NCBI GenBank assembly: GCA_963664705.1
Contig: OY761556.1
Coordinates: 4,192,001 to 4,256,000, forward strand
Direction of reading: 5' to 3'
DNA from: Acidobacteriota bacterium
GTDB taxonomy: Bacteria; Acidobacteriota; UBA6911
Length of the DNA stretch: 64,000 bases
The notes below the pieces were generated by a model. That model worked only from the letters and a program-made list of their open reading frames with translations, was not told where the DNA came from and did not search any database. A program made the position numbers and the translations under genes. Every line of letters begins with the position of its first letter. Position 1 is the stretch's first letter. This document shows, piece by piece, positions 1-9,200 of this stretch.

Positions 1-1483
1 TTGAAGCGACTCCGCAAGCGGCGCCCCACCCGCCATCTTCATTCTGGGAAGACAGCAGGTAATTGATTCCGGACTCGCAAGCCCGCTCCGTCCGGTTGAA
101 TTCACCAAATGCCATCAGAACGCGGGCAGTACCGAAAACGGGATTCCGAAGGTCGGGAGTCTGCTGACTGCCGAACCAAAGCGGAGTCCAGGACCCATCC
201 TCATGCTGCATTTTTTCAAGGAACCTGAAACCTCTGGCAACGGAAATGCTATCACCTTGGCCATTGGCGAGCAAAGCGCGAAGGGCATGGGCAGTTATGT
301 CGGTACAACTCCGGTCAAAAGGGAGCTTGCCCCAGCCCTTGCAGAATGGCGGCCACCCCCCATCCGCATTCTGAAGATTCGTCAGCCAGCGAAGACCTTT
401 TTTGCGATAGGAGAGGAAAGGATCGTTCGTATGAACCGAATTGGCAGTTGCCCGGGCCGCGTTGACGGACAGCGCAAGCAAAACGCTGGAAGTGTCATCG
501 CCATCAGGAACGGAGCCGCTAAGATCGGTCCATCCCCAACCGCCCGGTTCGGCATTCGTGAAGGGATGAACCCTCTGCATTTGATTCCCGGCGAGCCATT
601 CCAGTATGGATGCCGGAGTTTCAACTCCCGCGGAGCTCAGGGCATTCACCGCACAGGAGGTGACCCAGATTGCCAGGTTCGTATCGATAGGCCAGGAACC
701 GTCGGGGCGCTGAAGCGTTCGCAAGAAGGACAGCGCATGCTCCAAAACCTTGAGTGCGGACCCGGAGCATAAGGATCCGCTGGAGTTCATCGAGAGCAAG
801 GACAGCGCGACAAAAGCGGTCAATGGAACCGCTTCGAGAAATCCGCCGGACTCCGGCTGAAGCTTCTCCAGAATTCTCAGAGCTTTCTTTTCGACGAAGG
901 CTCCCAACAGGCTCTGCCCGCGCCGCTTGTCAATCACCAGCCCAACCGCAATCAGTGCCGGCATGGCATAGCTGACCACCTGCAGCCGAAGCGTTTTATA
1001 GAGGCGCTGCGGCATCACGGCTAGAGGATAGGGCAGTCGCGGGACCTGATCCCACGACACCAGGCCAGCCGCTGCACAGGTCATTAAAATCGGGACTGAG
1101 AAGGTATGATCATCGCCATAAATTCGGCGAATGCCTGCAGCGATATCATCGCCCAGGATTTTGTGAAGATAGGCTGCCGCACGGGAATTGTCTCCTCTGC
1201 CGGTGATGCGAAAGGCCGAAAGTACAAGAATCGTTGTCGAAGGATTGCTGATGGATTTTGGGCAATCACCCCACCCTCCATCCTCGCGCTGCGTCCGTTC
1301 CAACCATTGGCAGCCTTTGTCGATGCGTTCCCTGTCCCCGGAATTTCCGTTCAAATGCAGGGCAATAATGGCCAAAGCTCCCGCCAGCGCCGAAGACGAA
1401 AGCCGGCCCTGCCAATGCCCCTCCGGCCCCATCTCGGCCAGAAGCATCTTCACCGCATGGTTCAGGGCTTCCTGTGCCGTCAT
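1..1483 (-). CDS. Squalene-hopene cyclase-like / prenyltransferase-squalene oxidase repeat protein (3' end beyond the window edge; absent from the ORF track)
   Basis: Hand translation from ATG 1483 (ATGA overlap with the upstream stop) gives MTAQEALNHAVKMLLAEMGPEGHWQGRLSSSALA..., open to base 1. It has five QW motifs (QREDGGW, QRPDGSW, QNADGGW, QHEDGSW, QNEDGGW) and a class II cyclase-like motif PDGDDT at 491-508. Confidence 0.9.
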   Translation of the reverse strand, partial: MTAQEALNHAVKMLLAEMGPEGHWQGRLSSSALAGALAIIALHLNGNSGDRERIDKGCQWLERTQREDGGWGDCPKSISNPSTTILVLSAFRITGRGDNSRAAAYLHKILGDDIAAGIRRIYGDDHTFSVPILMTCAAAGLVSWDQVPRLPYPLAVMPQRLYKTLRLQVVSYAMPALIAVGLVIDKRRGQSLLGAFVEKKALRILEKLQPESGGFLEAVPLTAFVALSLLSMNSSGSLCSGSALKVLEHALSFLRTLQRPDGSWPIDTNLAIWVTSCAVNALSSAGVETPASILEWLAGNQMQRVHPFTNAEPGGWGWTDLSGSVPDGDDTSSVLLALSVNAARATANSVHTNDPFLSYRKKGLRWLTNLQNADGGWPPFCKGWGKLPFDRSCTDITAHALRALLANGQGDSISVARGFRFLEKMQHEDGSWTPLWFGSQQTPDLRNPVFGTARVLMAFGEFNRTERACESGINYLLSSQNEDGGWGAACGVAS

Positions 1484-2946
1484 CCTTCAGCCCTTCTCTT
1501 CTTCAGCCTGAACGCGGCATTCCACCACACAACCTGGCTTTTTCCGATAATCTGTGCGGCAATACTGCGAAAAGCCGGTGCACCCGAACCTCGCTCATTG
1601 TCCCACACCAGTCTCGGCACCCATCTGAAATTGAGGCGATAGGATTCAATGACCGTCTGCCAATGAAGGCGATTCAGCCGGGGCAACGAGTCCCCTGGAC
1701 CCAGCGGAGCAAGCATCACCGGAAACACTGACATCCGCTGATCATGGAGTTCCTGAACCCAGCGGAGACTGAGCTCCGCATCGCGCGGTTCTTCGCTCGA
1801 CAATCCGAGTACGATTGAAACCAGTGGGAAAAAACCGGCGCGAATCAGCCTGCGCATTTGCTGCTGCGTGAATCCATACCAGTCATCCGGATGGTATCCT
1901 GCCATCTTCGCCTTCCCGCCATTCCTTGCCAGGAGCCCTCCCGATGCCGTTTCAACTCCGATATTCACCCATAGGAACTCGTGCCGCTGCCCCAGTGTCA
2001 GGAGGCGATGAACTTCCCTCAATTCATCATCGCTGAACTGTGCAATCGAGCTCACGTTCACATGATCGATTTGAAGCAGTCTGATTGCCGGGTTTTTCCG
2101 GATCTGCCGCAGAGCGTCGATTAATGCCTCGGGGTGAACCTGTACACCGCGCGCACCATAGCGAAAGAAATCCTCGCTGAGCAGCGAAAAGCTTCTCTGT
2201 CCGCCGCGAAGATTTGCCTCGGCGTCATTCATGATCGTTTCCAGGGGCAGGTGCCTCATTGGCACATGGGCGATGGTGCAAAATTCGCATCCCAGCCCAC
2301 AACCGCGACTCATCTCAATGGCTCCCATGGACGCCGCACCCATGATGCCAGGTATATCTGCGGGCTGGTCTCCTTCTATCACTCCCAAAGGCCGCGGACT
2401 ATCCAAAAGACGCCTAAAAATGGATGCGATGTTGCCTTCGCAATAACCGTTGAGGATGGTCAGATCCCGCGGTTGTGTTTGGGAGAACTGCCAGGCACCG
2501 GGTCCGCCGATAACAATGGAGGCCTGTGGCGCAAGCCTCTTCACCTTTGCGTAGACCTGCTCAAAGAATACGCGAGCCCAGATTTGTCCGCCCGCGATGG
2601 CCATCATGGTTGATGAATTCATGCCCTTGCCCAGTGGTTCGCCGGTCGCAATGCCGACAATGCGGGTCTCGGGCCCAATCGCATCCTGCAGGCGATCCGG
2701 GTGCACCGCAATGGACCTGATTCCCTCGCGGCACAATGCGGATTCAATGCGCCGTAAGCCAAGCGGCGCACATACGGCCGCAAGATCGCCGGATGACGGC
2801 CGGGGCATCAGAAGACTCTCAAGAACGATACGCGGCGTCGTTGTTGTCTGGCTAGCCGCTACCATTGCGTCAAACAGACACGCATAATTGGCCATCAACA
2901 TCCGGTCTGCCGTAAGGACAATGGGGAAACCGCGTGGTGTGGACAT
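1480..2946 (-). CDS. Radical SAM protein with B12-binding-like N-terminal domain, resembling the GDGT ring synthase (Grs) family
   Basis: CxxxCxxC motif (RGCGLGCEFC) and upstream motifs IVLTADR, APLGLRRIE, IVIGGPGAWQ, SEDFFRYG, NIGVETAS. Confidence 0.85.
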   Translation of the reverse strand: MSTPRGFPIVLTADRMLMANYACLFDAMVAASQTTTTPRIVLESLLMPRPSSGDLAAVCAPLGLRRIESALCREGIRSIAVHPDRLQDAIGPETRIVGIATGEPLGKGMNSSTMMAIAGGQIWARVFFEQVYAKVKRLAPQASIVIGGPGAWQFSQTQPRDLTILNGYCEGNIASIFRRLLDSPRPLGVIEGDQPADIPGIMGAASMGAIEMSRGCGLGCEFCTIAHVPMRHLPLETIMNDAEANLRGGQRSFSLLSEDFFRYGARGVQVHPEALIDALRQIRKNPAIRLLQIDHVNVSSIAQFSDDELREVHRLLTLGQRHEFLWVNIGVETASGGLLARNGGKAKMAGYHPDDWYGFTQQQMRRLIRAGFFPLVSIVLGLSSEEPRDAELSLRWVQELHDQRMSVFPVMLAPLGPGDSLPRLNRLHWQTVIESYRLNFRWVPRLVWDNERGSGAPAFRSIAAQIIGKSQVVWWNAAFRLKKRRAEG

Positions 2947-2955
2947 GCGGACAGA

Positions 2956-3765
2956 TTATACCTGAGTGTCGAGAGCGTCGATCAAGGAATCAATATCATC
3001 CTGGATGGGCGACTTGGGTGGCGCAAACGGGCTGCCGCATTCCGGGCAGGTATCCTCTCGATTCGGCGCCGATCCCGAAGGAATGGTTTTGCACACCGGA
3101 CAAGCCTGCCTGGTCCGCATATAGAACATACGGCGCGAGTTTTTATCCGGCGACATGAACACCCCGGGAGTGCCGCAGATGGCCTGATCGCGGGAGTAGA
3201 GCGGGAACATGATCGCGCCCTTGGGGCAGATTCGCGAGCACGCCGGGCAGCCGGTCTTGCAGGCATCCGGATTGCTGGCAATCACTGCCTGAGCTTCATT
3301 GCGCGTATACACGCCAAACAGGCAGAACTGGAGACATTGACCGCATTCGTCGCAACGACTTTTGTCAACAACCGGATACCATCTCAATTTTTCAGGATCG
3401 ACACTGTTTGCCGATAGCAAGACGTCGACGCTATCCGCAGGTACGTTCGATGCACTGGCATCGGCGGCCATCTCAGCCATCGCCGCGAAACAGGCATCCG
3501 CGGAATCATAGGCATCATATCGATAGGTAGCACCGCGAAGTCCGTGCCGATGCAGCAGCCATTTTGCCGGGCGAGGATGCAGCGAACTCCAGACCGCGGA
3601 GATCGGACCGCAGGCCGCCAGTTGATCCCACAGGGGACTGCTTTCAGGAATATGGTACAGCGGAGGCGTCATGACGACGCGGAAGCCTGATTCCACGCAT
3701 TTCCCGGCCATAGCCGAAACACGCGCCTTATCTTTACAACGGCTAAGCACAATAAGCTTGGACAT
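2956..3765 (-). CDS. 2[4Fe-4S] ferredoxin-domain protein with C-terminal Zn-ribbon-like motif
   Basis: CDECGQCLQFC and CKTGCPACSRICP cluster motifs, plus C-terminal CPVC...CPEC. Confidence 0.85.
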   Translation of the reverse strand: MSKLIVLSRCKDKARVSAMAGKCVESGFRVVMTPPLYHIPESSPLWDQLAACGPISAVWSSLHPRPAKWLLHRHGLRGATYRYDAYDSADACFAAMAEMAADASASNVPADSVDVLLSANSVDPEKLRWYPVVDKSRCDECGQCLQFCLFGVYTRNEAQAVIASNPDACKTGCPACSRICPKGAIMFPLYSRDQAICGTPGVFMSPDKNSRRMFYMRTRQACPVCKTIPSGSAPNREDTCPECGSPFAPPKSPIQDDIDSLIDALDTQV

Positions 3766-3843
3766 ACTCTATGATTTTATATGATACCTCGGGTCAAACA
3801 TAAAGATTCTTCCCGTTTGGCCGCCGCGGCGATCACCCCGAGA

Positions 3844-4935
3844 TCAGGATATCGTTGTATACCTAAAAGTCGGGCTTGGCCTGCCCGGCATCAAACATCG
3901 CAATGACTGTACGGCGGCGGATACACCGGTTTTTGCGGAACCACCTATTGCATCCCTCACTATTGTCTCCAGTTCGACGGGCGAGATTTGAACTCTGGCA
4001 TTCAGAATACAGCGCGCCTTTGTTCCCGAAAAAGCGTCCTCCGTGTTTATGGCAACCAATCCGCCCAGGCGCGTCAGGTTGAGCGTGCATTCCCTTTCGC
4101 CCGATTCAATCATAAGTTTAACGTGACCAATTTCCGCATTGCGGCTTTGAAATGATGCCTTCAGGTCATTCATGAGTCGGAAGCCATACTTCGCCCATTC
4201 CACCTGGCCATCGACAGATTCCAGATCAATCGCAGCGTTGAGCCAGCCAAGGACTGCCTCTCCTTCGGCATATCGGTCATAGTCAACCTCAACAATGTGG
4301 CTGCCGGCTTTTTTGCCGCTAAAAACATCGGCGAGCCAGGCTTCCAAACCCTCTCCCGTCCTTGCGGAAATCGCATCTACGGATGACTCGGGAAAGGACT
4401 CGCGAAGGAAATGGAGCATGGTCATGCGCTCGCTTGCACTCAGGGTATCTACCTTATTCAGCAATATTCTATCCGCCTCGAGCATTTGGAGGCGAAGGAT
4501 ATATTGAGCATTCTCATGCATCAGGGAATTTTTCGTCTGCAGCACTTCCCGGACCCGTTCCGGATCCACCAAAACCGTCAGTGGAGCCAGATCAATTTCA
4601 GGATATTTGTCTTTGATCGGCTGAAGAATGGTTGCGGACAGATCGGTGCAACTGCCCACCGGCTCCGCCAGGATTATGCCTGCGCCTTGTTGAGCCAGCG
4701 ATTTCACAGCGCCCATGAACCCCGGGAAATTGCAGCAAAAGCAGCTTCCCGCCACCTCGCGCACTTCGGCTCCCGACCGCATCAGCGTGGCGGTATCCAC
4801 GAGATCGGGCGCCTGATCGTTGCTGACCAGTCCAACCGTTTGTTTATCCCCGATCAGACGCCGTGCAGCTTCACGCAACACAGTTGTCTTCCCGGCACCC
4901 AGAAATCCGCCGACCAGTATTAGCCTAACTTTCAT
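3844..4935 (-). CDS. CobW/HypB-like G3E family metallochaperone GTPase
   Basis: Walker A GGFLGAGKTT, GSCFCC metal motif, AEPVGSC, NKVD, SAxTGEG. Confidence 0.9.
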   Translation of the reverse strand: MKVRLILVGGFLGAGKTTVLREAARRLIGDKQTVGLVSNDQAPDLVDTATLMRSGAEVREVAGSCFCCNFPGFMGAVKSLAQQGAGIILAEPVGSCTDLSATILQPIKDKYPEIDLAPLTVLVDPERVREVLQTKNSLMHENAQYILRLQMLEADRILLNKVDTLSASERMTMLHFLRESFPESSVDAISARTGEGLEAWLADVFSGKKAGSHIVEVDYDRYAEGEAVLGWLNAAIDLESVDGQVEWAKYGFRLMNDLKASFQSRNAEIGHVKLMIESGERECTLNLTRLGGLVAINTEDAFSGTKARCILNARVQISPVELETIVRDAIGGSAKTGVSAAVQSLRCLMPGRPSPTFRYTTIS

Positions 4936-4938
4936 GAA

Positions 4939-5775
4939 TTACTCCATTTCACTTTTTCCGCAGCTGCCACAGCACTTGCCGGCATCGGCTCCCGATTTCA
5001 TCGCTGGCTCCAGGATACGAACAAAGAACTGCGAAGCGAGGACTCCGCCGACCAGCGGAGCCAGAATATACACATGGAAGAAACCGCCCACGCGATCGGG
5101 CAATGCGGCATCCCTCCACCCCATAAGCCATGCGACCATACGGGGGCCAAAATCGCGCGCAGGATTCAGCCCGGCCTGCGTGATCGGCGCGACCAGGCAA
5201 ATAATCGAGGTAACGGTCAAACCTATGAAAACCGGAGCCAGAGCATTGTCCGGTCGACCGACATTGCACCCTTCCGTCAGGGCGAAAATCATCAGCACCA
5301 GGAGAAAGGTGCCGAGGGCCTCCGCTCCAATTGCAACAGGAAGCGAGACCACCGCAGCACTTCCCGGGTCCGGGTAGAACTCGCCAAACATTTTCGCCGT
5401 CTGCACCGATGCAGCCGTTCCCCTCACGATCTGATGCGTCGTTTCGTAAGCCGTCAAGGAGGACGAGAACAGGGCATAAATCATACAGCCCGCGAGGAAC
5501 GCTCCGAGTAATTGAGCGGTCACATAGACCGGGAGCTTGCGAAATGCCATTCGGCCGCTCAACGCCATGGACAGACTGACCGCCGGGTTGAGGTGTGCAC
5601 AGGAAAGATGCCGCGTCAGGTAAATGGAAAGGGTAACGCCTATGCCCCATGCCAGCGCAATCTCCATCAAGCCCCTGTGGGCATTAAAAAGCACCGAAAC
5701 GGCAACCGATCCGCAACCAAACAGCACCAGCAGAAAGGTACCTAAGGCTTCACCGATAAACTCTCTCGTCCGCAT
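4939..5775 (-). CDS. MIP family aquaglyceroporin (GlpF-type) with Cys-rich tail
   Basis: Two NPA boxes (HLNPAV, GLNPARD), where NPARD is the glyceroporin signature. C-terminal CCGSC. Confidence 0.92.
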   Translation of the reverse strand: MRTREFIGEALGTFLLVLFGCGSVAVSVLFNAHRGLMEIALAWGIGVTLSIYLTRHLSCAHLNPAVSLSMALSGRMAFRKLPVYVTAQLLGAFLAGCMIYALFSSSLTAYETTHQIVRGTAASVQTAKMFGEFYPDPGSAAVVSLPVAIGAEALGTFLLVLMIFALTEGCNVGRPDNALAPVFIGLTVTSIICLVAPITQAGLNPARDFGPRMVAWLMGWRDAALPDRVGGFFHVYILAPLVGGVLASQFFVRILEPAMKSGADAGKCCGSCGKSEME

Positions 5776-5822
5776 AAACGATATCCTTCAGTCCGAATCA
5801 GCTCGAGCCCACTCAGGCATCC

Positions 5823-6221
5823 TCACTTTTTTTTGCAGCAGGAATTTTTCGTGCTGCCGCCTCCCGGAATCTTCCCCAGAGCATTCAGCAGGCCGTCGAT
5901 TTGCGCCCGGTAGTGCGTCAAAGTCTCTGTCCATCGCTGCAGACAGGCAACTCCATCCTTGGTTACGGCATAGCTGCGCTTTGCCGGTCCGGCATCTCCC
6001 AACTCCCAATTGGAGGAAACCAACCCCTCCTCTTCCATTGACTTGAGGATTTTGTAAACGCCGCTGGTATCGGGAGGAATCGCTGAAAACATTTGCAGCC
6101 TTTGCAACTGCTGAATGAGATCATAGCCGTGCGTCTTTTCCTGGGCCAGCAATCCAAGGATGGTTGGGCGCAGAAACCGATCCAGATTTCTGCCGGAACA
6201 TATACATTGGTTTAGATCCAT
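5823..6221 (-). CDS. PadR family transcriptional regulator, Cys-containing
   Basis: HGYDLIQQL...VYKILKSMEEEGLV...GPAKRSYAVTKDG. N-terminal CICSG, C-terminal CC, upstream SD GGAGG. Confidence 0.9.
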   Translation of the reverse strand: MDLNQCICSGRNLDRFLRPTILGLLAQEKTHGYDLIQQLQRLQMFSAIPPDTSGVYKILKSMEEEGLVSSNWELGDAGPAKRSYAVTKDGVACLQRWTETLTHYRAQIDGLLNALGKIPGGGSTKNSCCKKK

Positions 6222-6247
6222 TATGGGAGTTCCTCCAATAGTTACAC

Positions 6248-6276
6248 ACTCTATTTCCTTCCTGCTTCTCTGTCAA
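6248..6276 (-). promoter_or_regulatory. Sigma70-type promoter of the padR operon
   Basis: TTGACA (6276-6271), N17, TAGAGT (6253-6248). Confidence 0.7.
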
Positions 6277-6389
6277 TTGCAGAATCCCGGAACTGTGGTA
6301 AGCAAATGATCTGTCCGGTGGTTGTAGCAAGTGAAATGTCCGGTGCAAAGGTCTGAGTGAGATAAAGTGCCATCGCGAAAGGAGGAGCG

Positions 6390-7592
6390 ATGGGGCTATA
6401 TCCGACTCGGGCACTGGAGCGGGCGTTGAAAATACAATCAGTGATATTGCAGGCAATGAGTGGAAAAATACTGTGGTGCCAGGCAGCCGAGATCATCGGG
6501 ATATCGGACCGATCAATGAGGCGATGGCGAGAACGATATGAGGAACACGGTTACGACGGGCTCTATGATCGCAGGCTAAAGCGGCCGAGTCCAAAACGTG
6601 TTCCGTTAAAAACAGTGGAGAAAGTGCTTCGGCTTTATCGGGAGCAGTACTTCGATTTCAATGTTCGTCATTTCGTAGAAAAGCTGCATAAGGAACATGA
6701 TGTCGATCTGAGCTATACCTGGGTCAAGACAGCACTGCAAACGGCGGGATTGGTAGCCAAGAGTCGCAAGAAAGGGAAACACCGGAAAAAGCGCCCTCGG
6801 CGACCATTGTCAGGCATGATGCTCCATGTGGATGGCAGCACGCATTGCTGGCTGGAGGGCCAACAACACCACGACCTAGTAGCAATTCTGGATGACGCCA
6901 CGTCAGCGGTGTATTACGCACAGCTGGTCGATCAGGAGAGCACAGCGACGGTAATGGCCGGGTTGAAGGAAGTGGTTGAGAAGAAAGGCATCTTTTGCTC
7001 CCTGTATTCGGATCGCGGAAGCCATTTCTTCTACACTCCGGTTGCGGGAGGGCCACCCGATCGTACACGTAAGACTCAAATCGCCAGGGCCCTTGGACAA
7101 TTGGGGATTGAAACGATACCTGCTAACTCGCCGCAGGCTAGAGGGCGGTGTGAACGGTTTTTTGGAACTTGGCAAGGGCGTCTGCCGCAGGAACTCCGGT
7201 TAAAGAAAATCCAGACACTGGAGGCTGCAAATGAGTTCCTACGTAAAGAGTGGATACCTTTCCACAACAAGACCTTTACCGTTCCGGCACAACAGATGGG
7301 AAACGCTTTTGTGCCCTATTCTGGCACTCGTTCTGAGTTAGATAAGATCTTCTCCCACCAGGAGGAAAGAGATGTGGGTAACGACAATACCGTCAAACTT
7401 GGGAAAATCTGTATGCAGATCGAGCCACAAAAGTTTCGCTTCAGCATGGCTCGATGCCGAGTGCTTGTCTGTCGGCATTTGGATGAAACAATAAGCCTTC
7501 ATTACGGTCCCCATGTGCTGGGCCGTTATGATTCCAACGGGAAGGTTTTGAATCAGCCAGCTGTGAAACGAAGCAATAAGAATGCGGCCTGA
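6390..7592 (+). CDS. DDE transposase (ISNCY/IS1202 family)
   Basis: N-terminal HTH and rve-like core (HVDGSTH, LDDATS, YSDRGS, SPQARGRCERFFGTWQGRL). SD AGGAGG. Confidence 0.95.
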   Translation: MGLYPTRALERALKIQSVILQAMSGKILWCQAAEIIGISDRSMRRWRERYEEHGYDGLYDRRLKRPSPKRVPLKTVEKVLRLYREQYFDFNVRHFVEKLHKEHDVDLSYTWVKTALQTAGLVAKSRKKGKHRKKRPRRPLSGMMLHVDGSTHCWLEGQQHHDLVAILDDATSAVYYAQLVDQESTATVMAGLKEVVEKKGIFCSLYSDRGSHFFYTPVAGGPPDRTRKTQIARALGQLGIETIPANSPQARGRCERFFGTWQGRLPQELRLKKIQTLEAANEFLRKEWIPFHNKTFTVPAQQMGNAFVPYSGTRSELDKIFSHQEERDVGNDNTVKLGKICMQIEPQKFRFSMARCRVLVCRHLDETISLHYGPHVLGRYDSNGKVLNQPAVKRSNKNAA

Positions 7593-7606
7593 CGGGGCCG
7601 CGGTCT

Positions 7607-7653
7607 TTTTTCCTAAGCCGTTCCGGGCTACGCCCTCCACAGCTTAGGAAAAA
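7607..7653. terminator. Subterminal hairpin inside the IS, probably a bidirectional terminator
   Basis: TTTTTCCTAAGC...GGGC-TAC-GCCC...GCTTAGGAAAAA right after the transposase stop. Confidence 0.6.
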
Positions 7654-7929
7654 TCCCAAATAACTAAACCGGACATTTCATTTGCTATAAAAACCGGACA
7701 TCTTGATTTGCTACGAACATTGCAGAATCCCGGAACTGGCAAATCCTGAGATCGAACCGAGGAAAAATCCCATTTCATCACGGGGAAAGCTTAAATCACG
7801 CGAAGTTAGCGCTGATCCTAAGCACTCCTTTCGGCAAGACCCCGAAAATACTCTGGTGCCGGAGTGCGGATGGTATTTATAATATTCTAATAAATCATTG
7901 GATGCTTGAGTCTGAACGGAGATTCGATC

Positions 7930-9108
7930 ATGAAAATAAAAAGCATGCTGGCGCACCTGCTCTTGATGTTTGGCGGACTGGTTGTGGCTGGGCTTAGCAA
8001 TGCAAATGCCAGTGCCTTCGACGATCAAGCGTCGAATAGCCAGGTATCTGTCTATACTATCAGCGATGAGGAATCCGGCGCCTTTGATGCCGCGATGCGG
8101 GAAGCCGATCCGCAAAAGCGCGCGGAAAAGCTGTATGATTTCATACAAAAGTACCCGCAATCACCTCTTATCAAGCGAATTTCCAATGAGAATTATGACC
8201 GGATCAAGATGATTGAAGATGAGCGCACTGCCTATTACAGCGCCGCGCAGCAACCCGATCCGGAAAAGCGTGCGGAGAAACTGCTCGATTTCAACAAGGC
8301 ATACTCCAAATCAGCGCTGACAGAGTATGTCCGCAATGATTACATGGACCTGCTCAAAGCCCTCTTCCAGAACAAAAAATATGATATGGCCGCTTCTCTT
8401 GGAGAGAAATGGCTGGCAGCCAATGCGAACGACAAGAATGTCTACGCCTTTGTCGGCGATGTCTCGATGCAGTTGGGCAAATATCAGCGCTGTGGAGAGT
8501 GCCTGGAAATCGTATACCAATCCACCCCCTCTGCCAGCCTGGCCCGACAAATCCAGGGGTGCTACCAAAAAGCGGACAATCGGTCCAAGATGATCGAATG
8601 GACTGATAAGCTCTTCGGCCTTCCCGAATACAGCGCAGACTACATGCTCCGCCACGAATACATGATGTTTTTCTACAGCAAAAACAATCTTGCCAAAGCC
8701 ACCGAGTATGCACAGCTTACTTTGAAATCGGCGGATCTCGCGAAGCCGGCGGATGCCAATGCCCAGGAGCAACTGCGAAAAGTGCGCCGGGCATGCCATC
8801 ACGTTATTGCCAGCGCTCTGATGGAGCAGAGCAAATTTACGGAGGCCATCACTGAATTTGAAAAGGCCCTCGAAGCAGAGAGGTATAGTCAGGGCTATTA
8901 TGGAATCGCACTCTGTTATGACAACAAGAAAAGCGTGGATGAAGCCATCCTGTATTATGCGATCGCGGAACTGATGGGCGGAGAGGATGCATCGAAAGCA
9001 AAGGCTCGTATGGAGACTCTCTATAAGGCAATTCACAATGATACGCTGATCGGCGTGGACAAGGTTTACAGCAAAGCCCAAAAGGTTCTTGATGGGCAGA
9101 AGAGCTAG
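7930..9108 (+). CDS. Secreted TPR-repeat protein
   Basis: Signal peptide (MKIKSMLAHLLLMFGGLVVAG...ANA), helical TPR-like repeats, duplicated DP[QE]KRAEKL[YL]DF unit. Confidence 0.8.
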   Translation: MKIKSMLAHLLLMFGGLVVAGLSNANASAFDDQASNSQVSVYTISDEESGAFDAAMREADPQKRAEKLYDFIQKYPQSPLIKRISNENYDRIKMIEDERTAYYSAAQQPDPEKRAEKLLDFNKAYSKSALTEYVRNDYMDLLKALFQNKKYDMAASLGEKWLAANANDKNVYAFVGDVSMQLGKYQRCGECLEIVYQSTPSASLARQIQGCYQKADNRSKMIEWTDKLFGLPEYSADYMLRHEYMMFFYSKNNLAKATEYAQLTLKSADLAKPADANAQEQLRKVRRACHHVIASALMEQSKFTEAITEFEKALEAERYSQGYYGIALCYDNKKSVDEAILYYAIAELMGGEDASKAKARMETLYKAIHNDTLIGVDKVYSKAQKVLDGQKS

Positions 9109-9200
9109 CGGCAGAATGAATACATCCGGATATCTTGGGTAATGATACCGCGCCCAATAATTCGGGTTGTTTACCGAGTGATATGTGATAGATATTCAGA

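Larger units (their letters stand above)
6294..7719 (+). mobile_element. Insertion sequence (1426 bp), IS1202/ISNCY-like
   Basis: TGT...ACA ends with ~50-bp imperfect inverted repeats, each with two AGCAA-N-TGTCCGGT units. Flanked by a perfect 17-bp direct repeat TTGCAGAATCCCGGAAC (6277-6293 and 7720-7736). Confidence 0.92.

Noticed and set aside
203-1731. Plus-strand ORFs 203-772, 1106-1642 and others
   Set aside because: They are shadows of the minus-strand cyclase-like and radical SAM genes and have no recognisable motifs.
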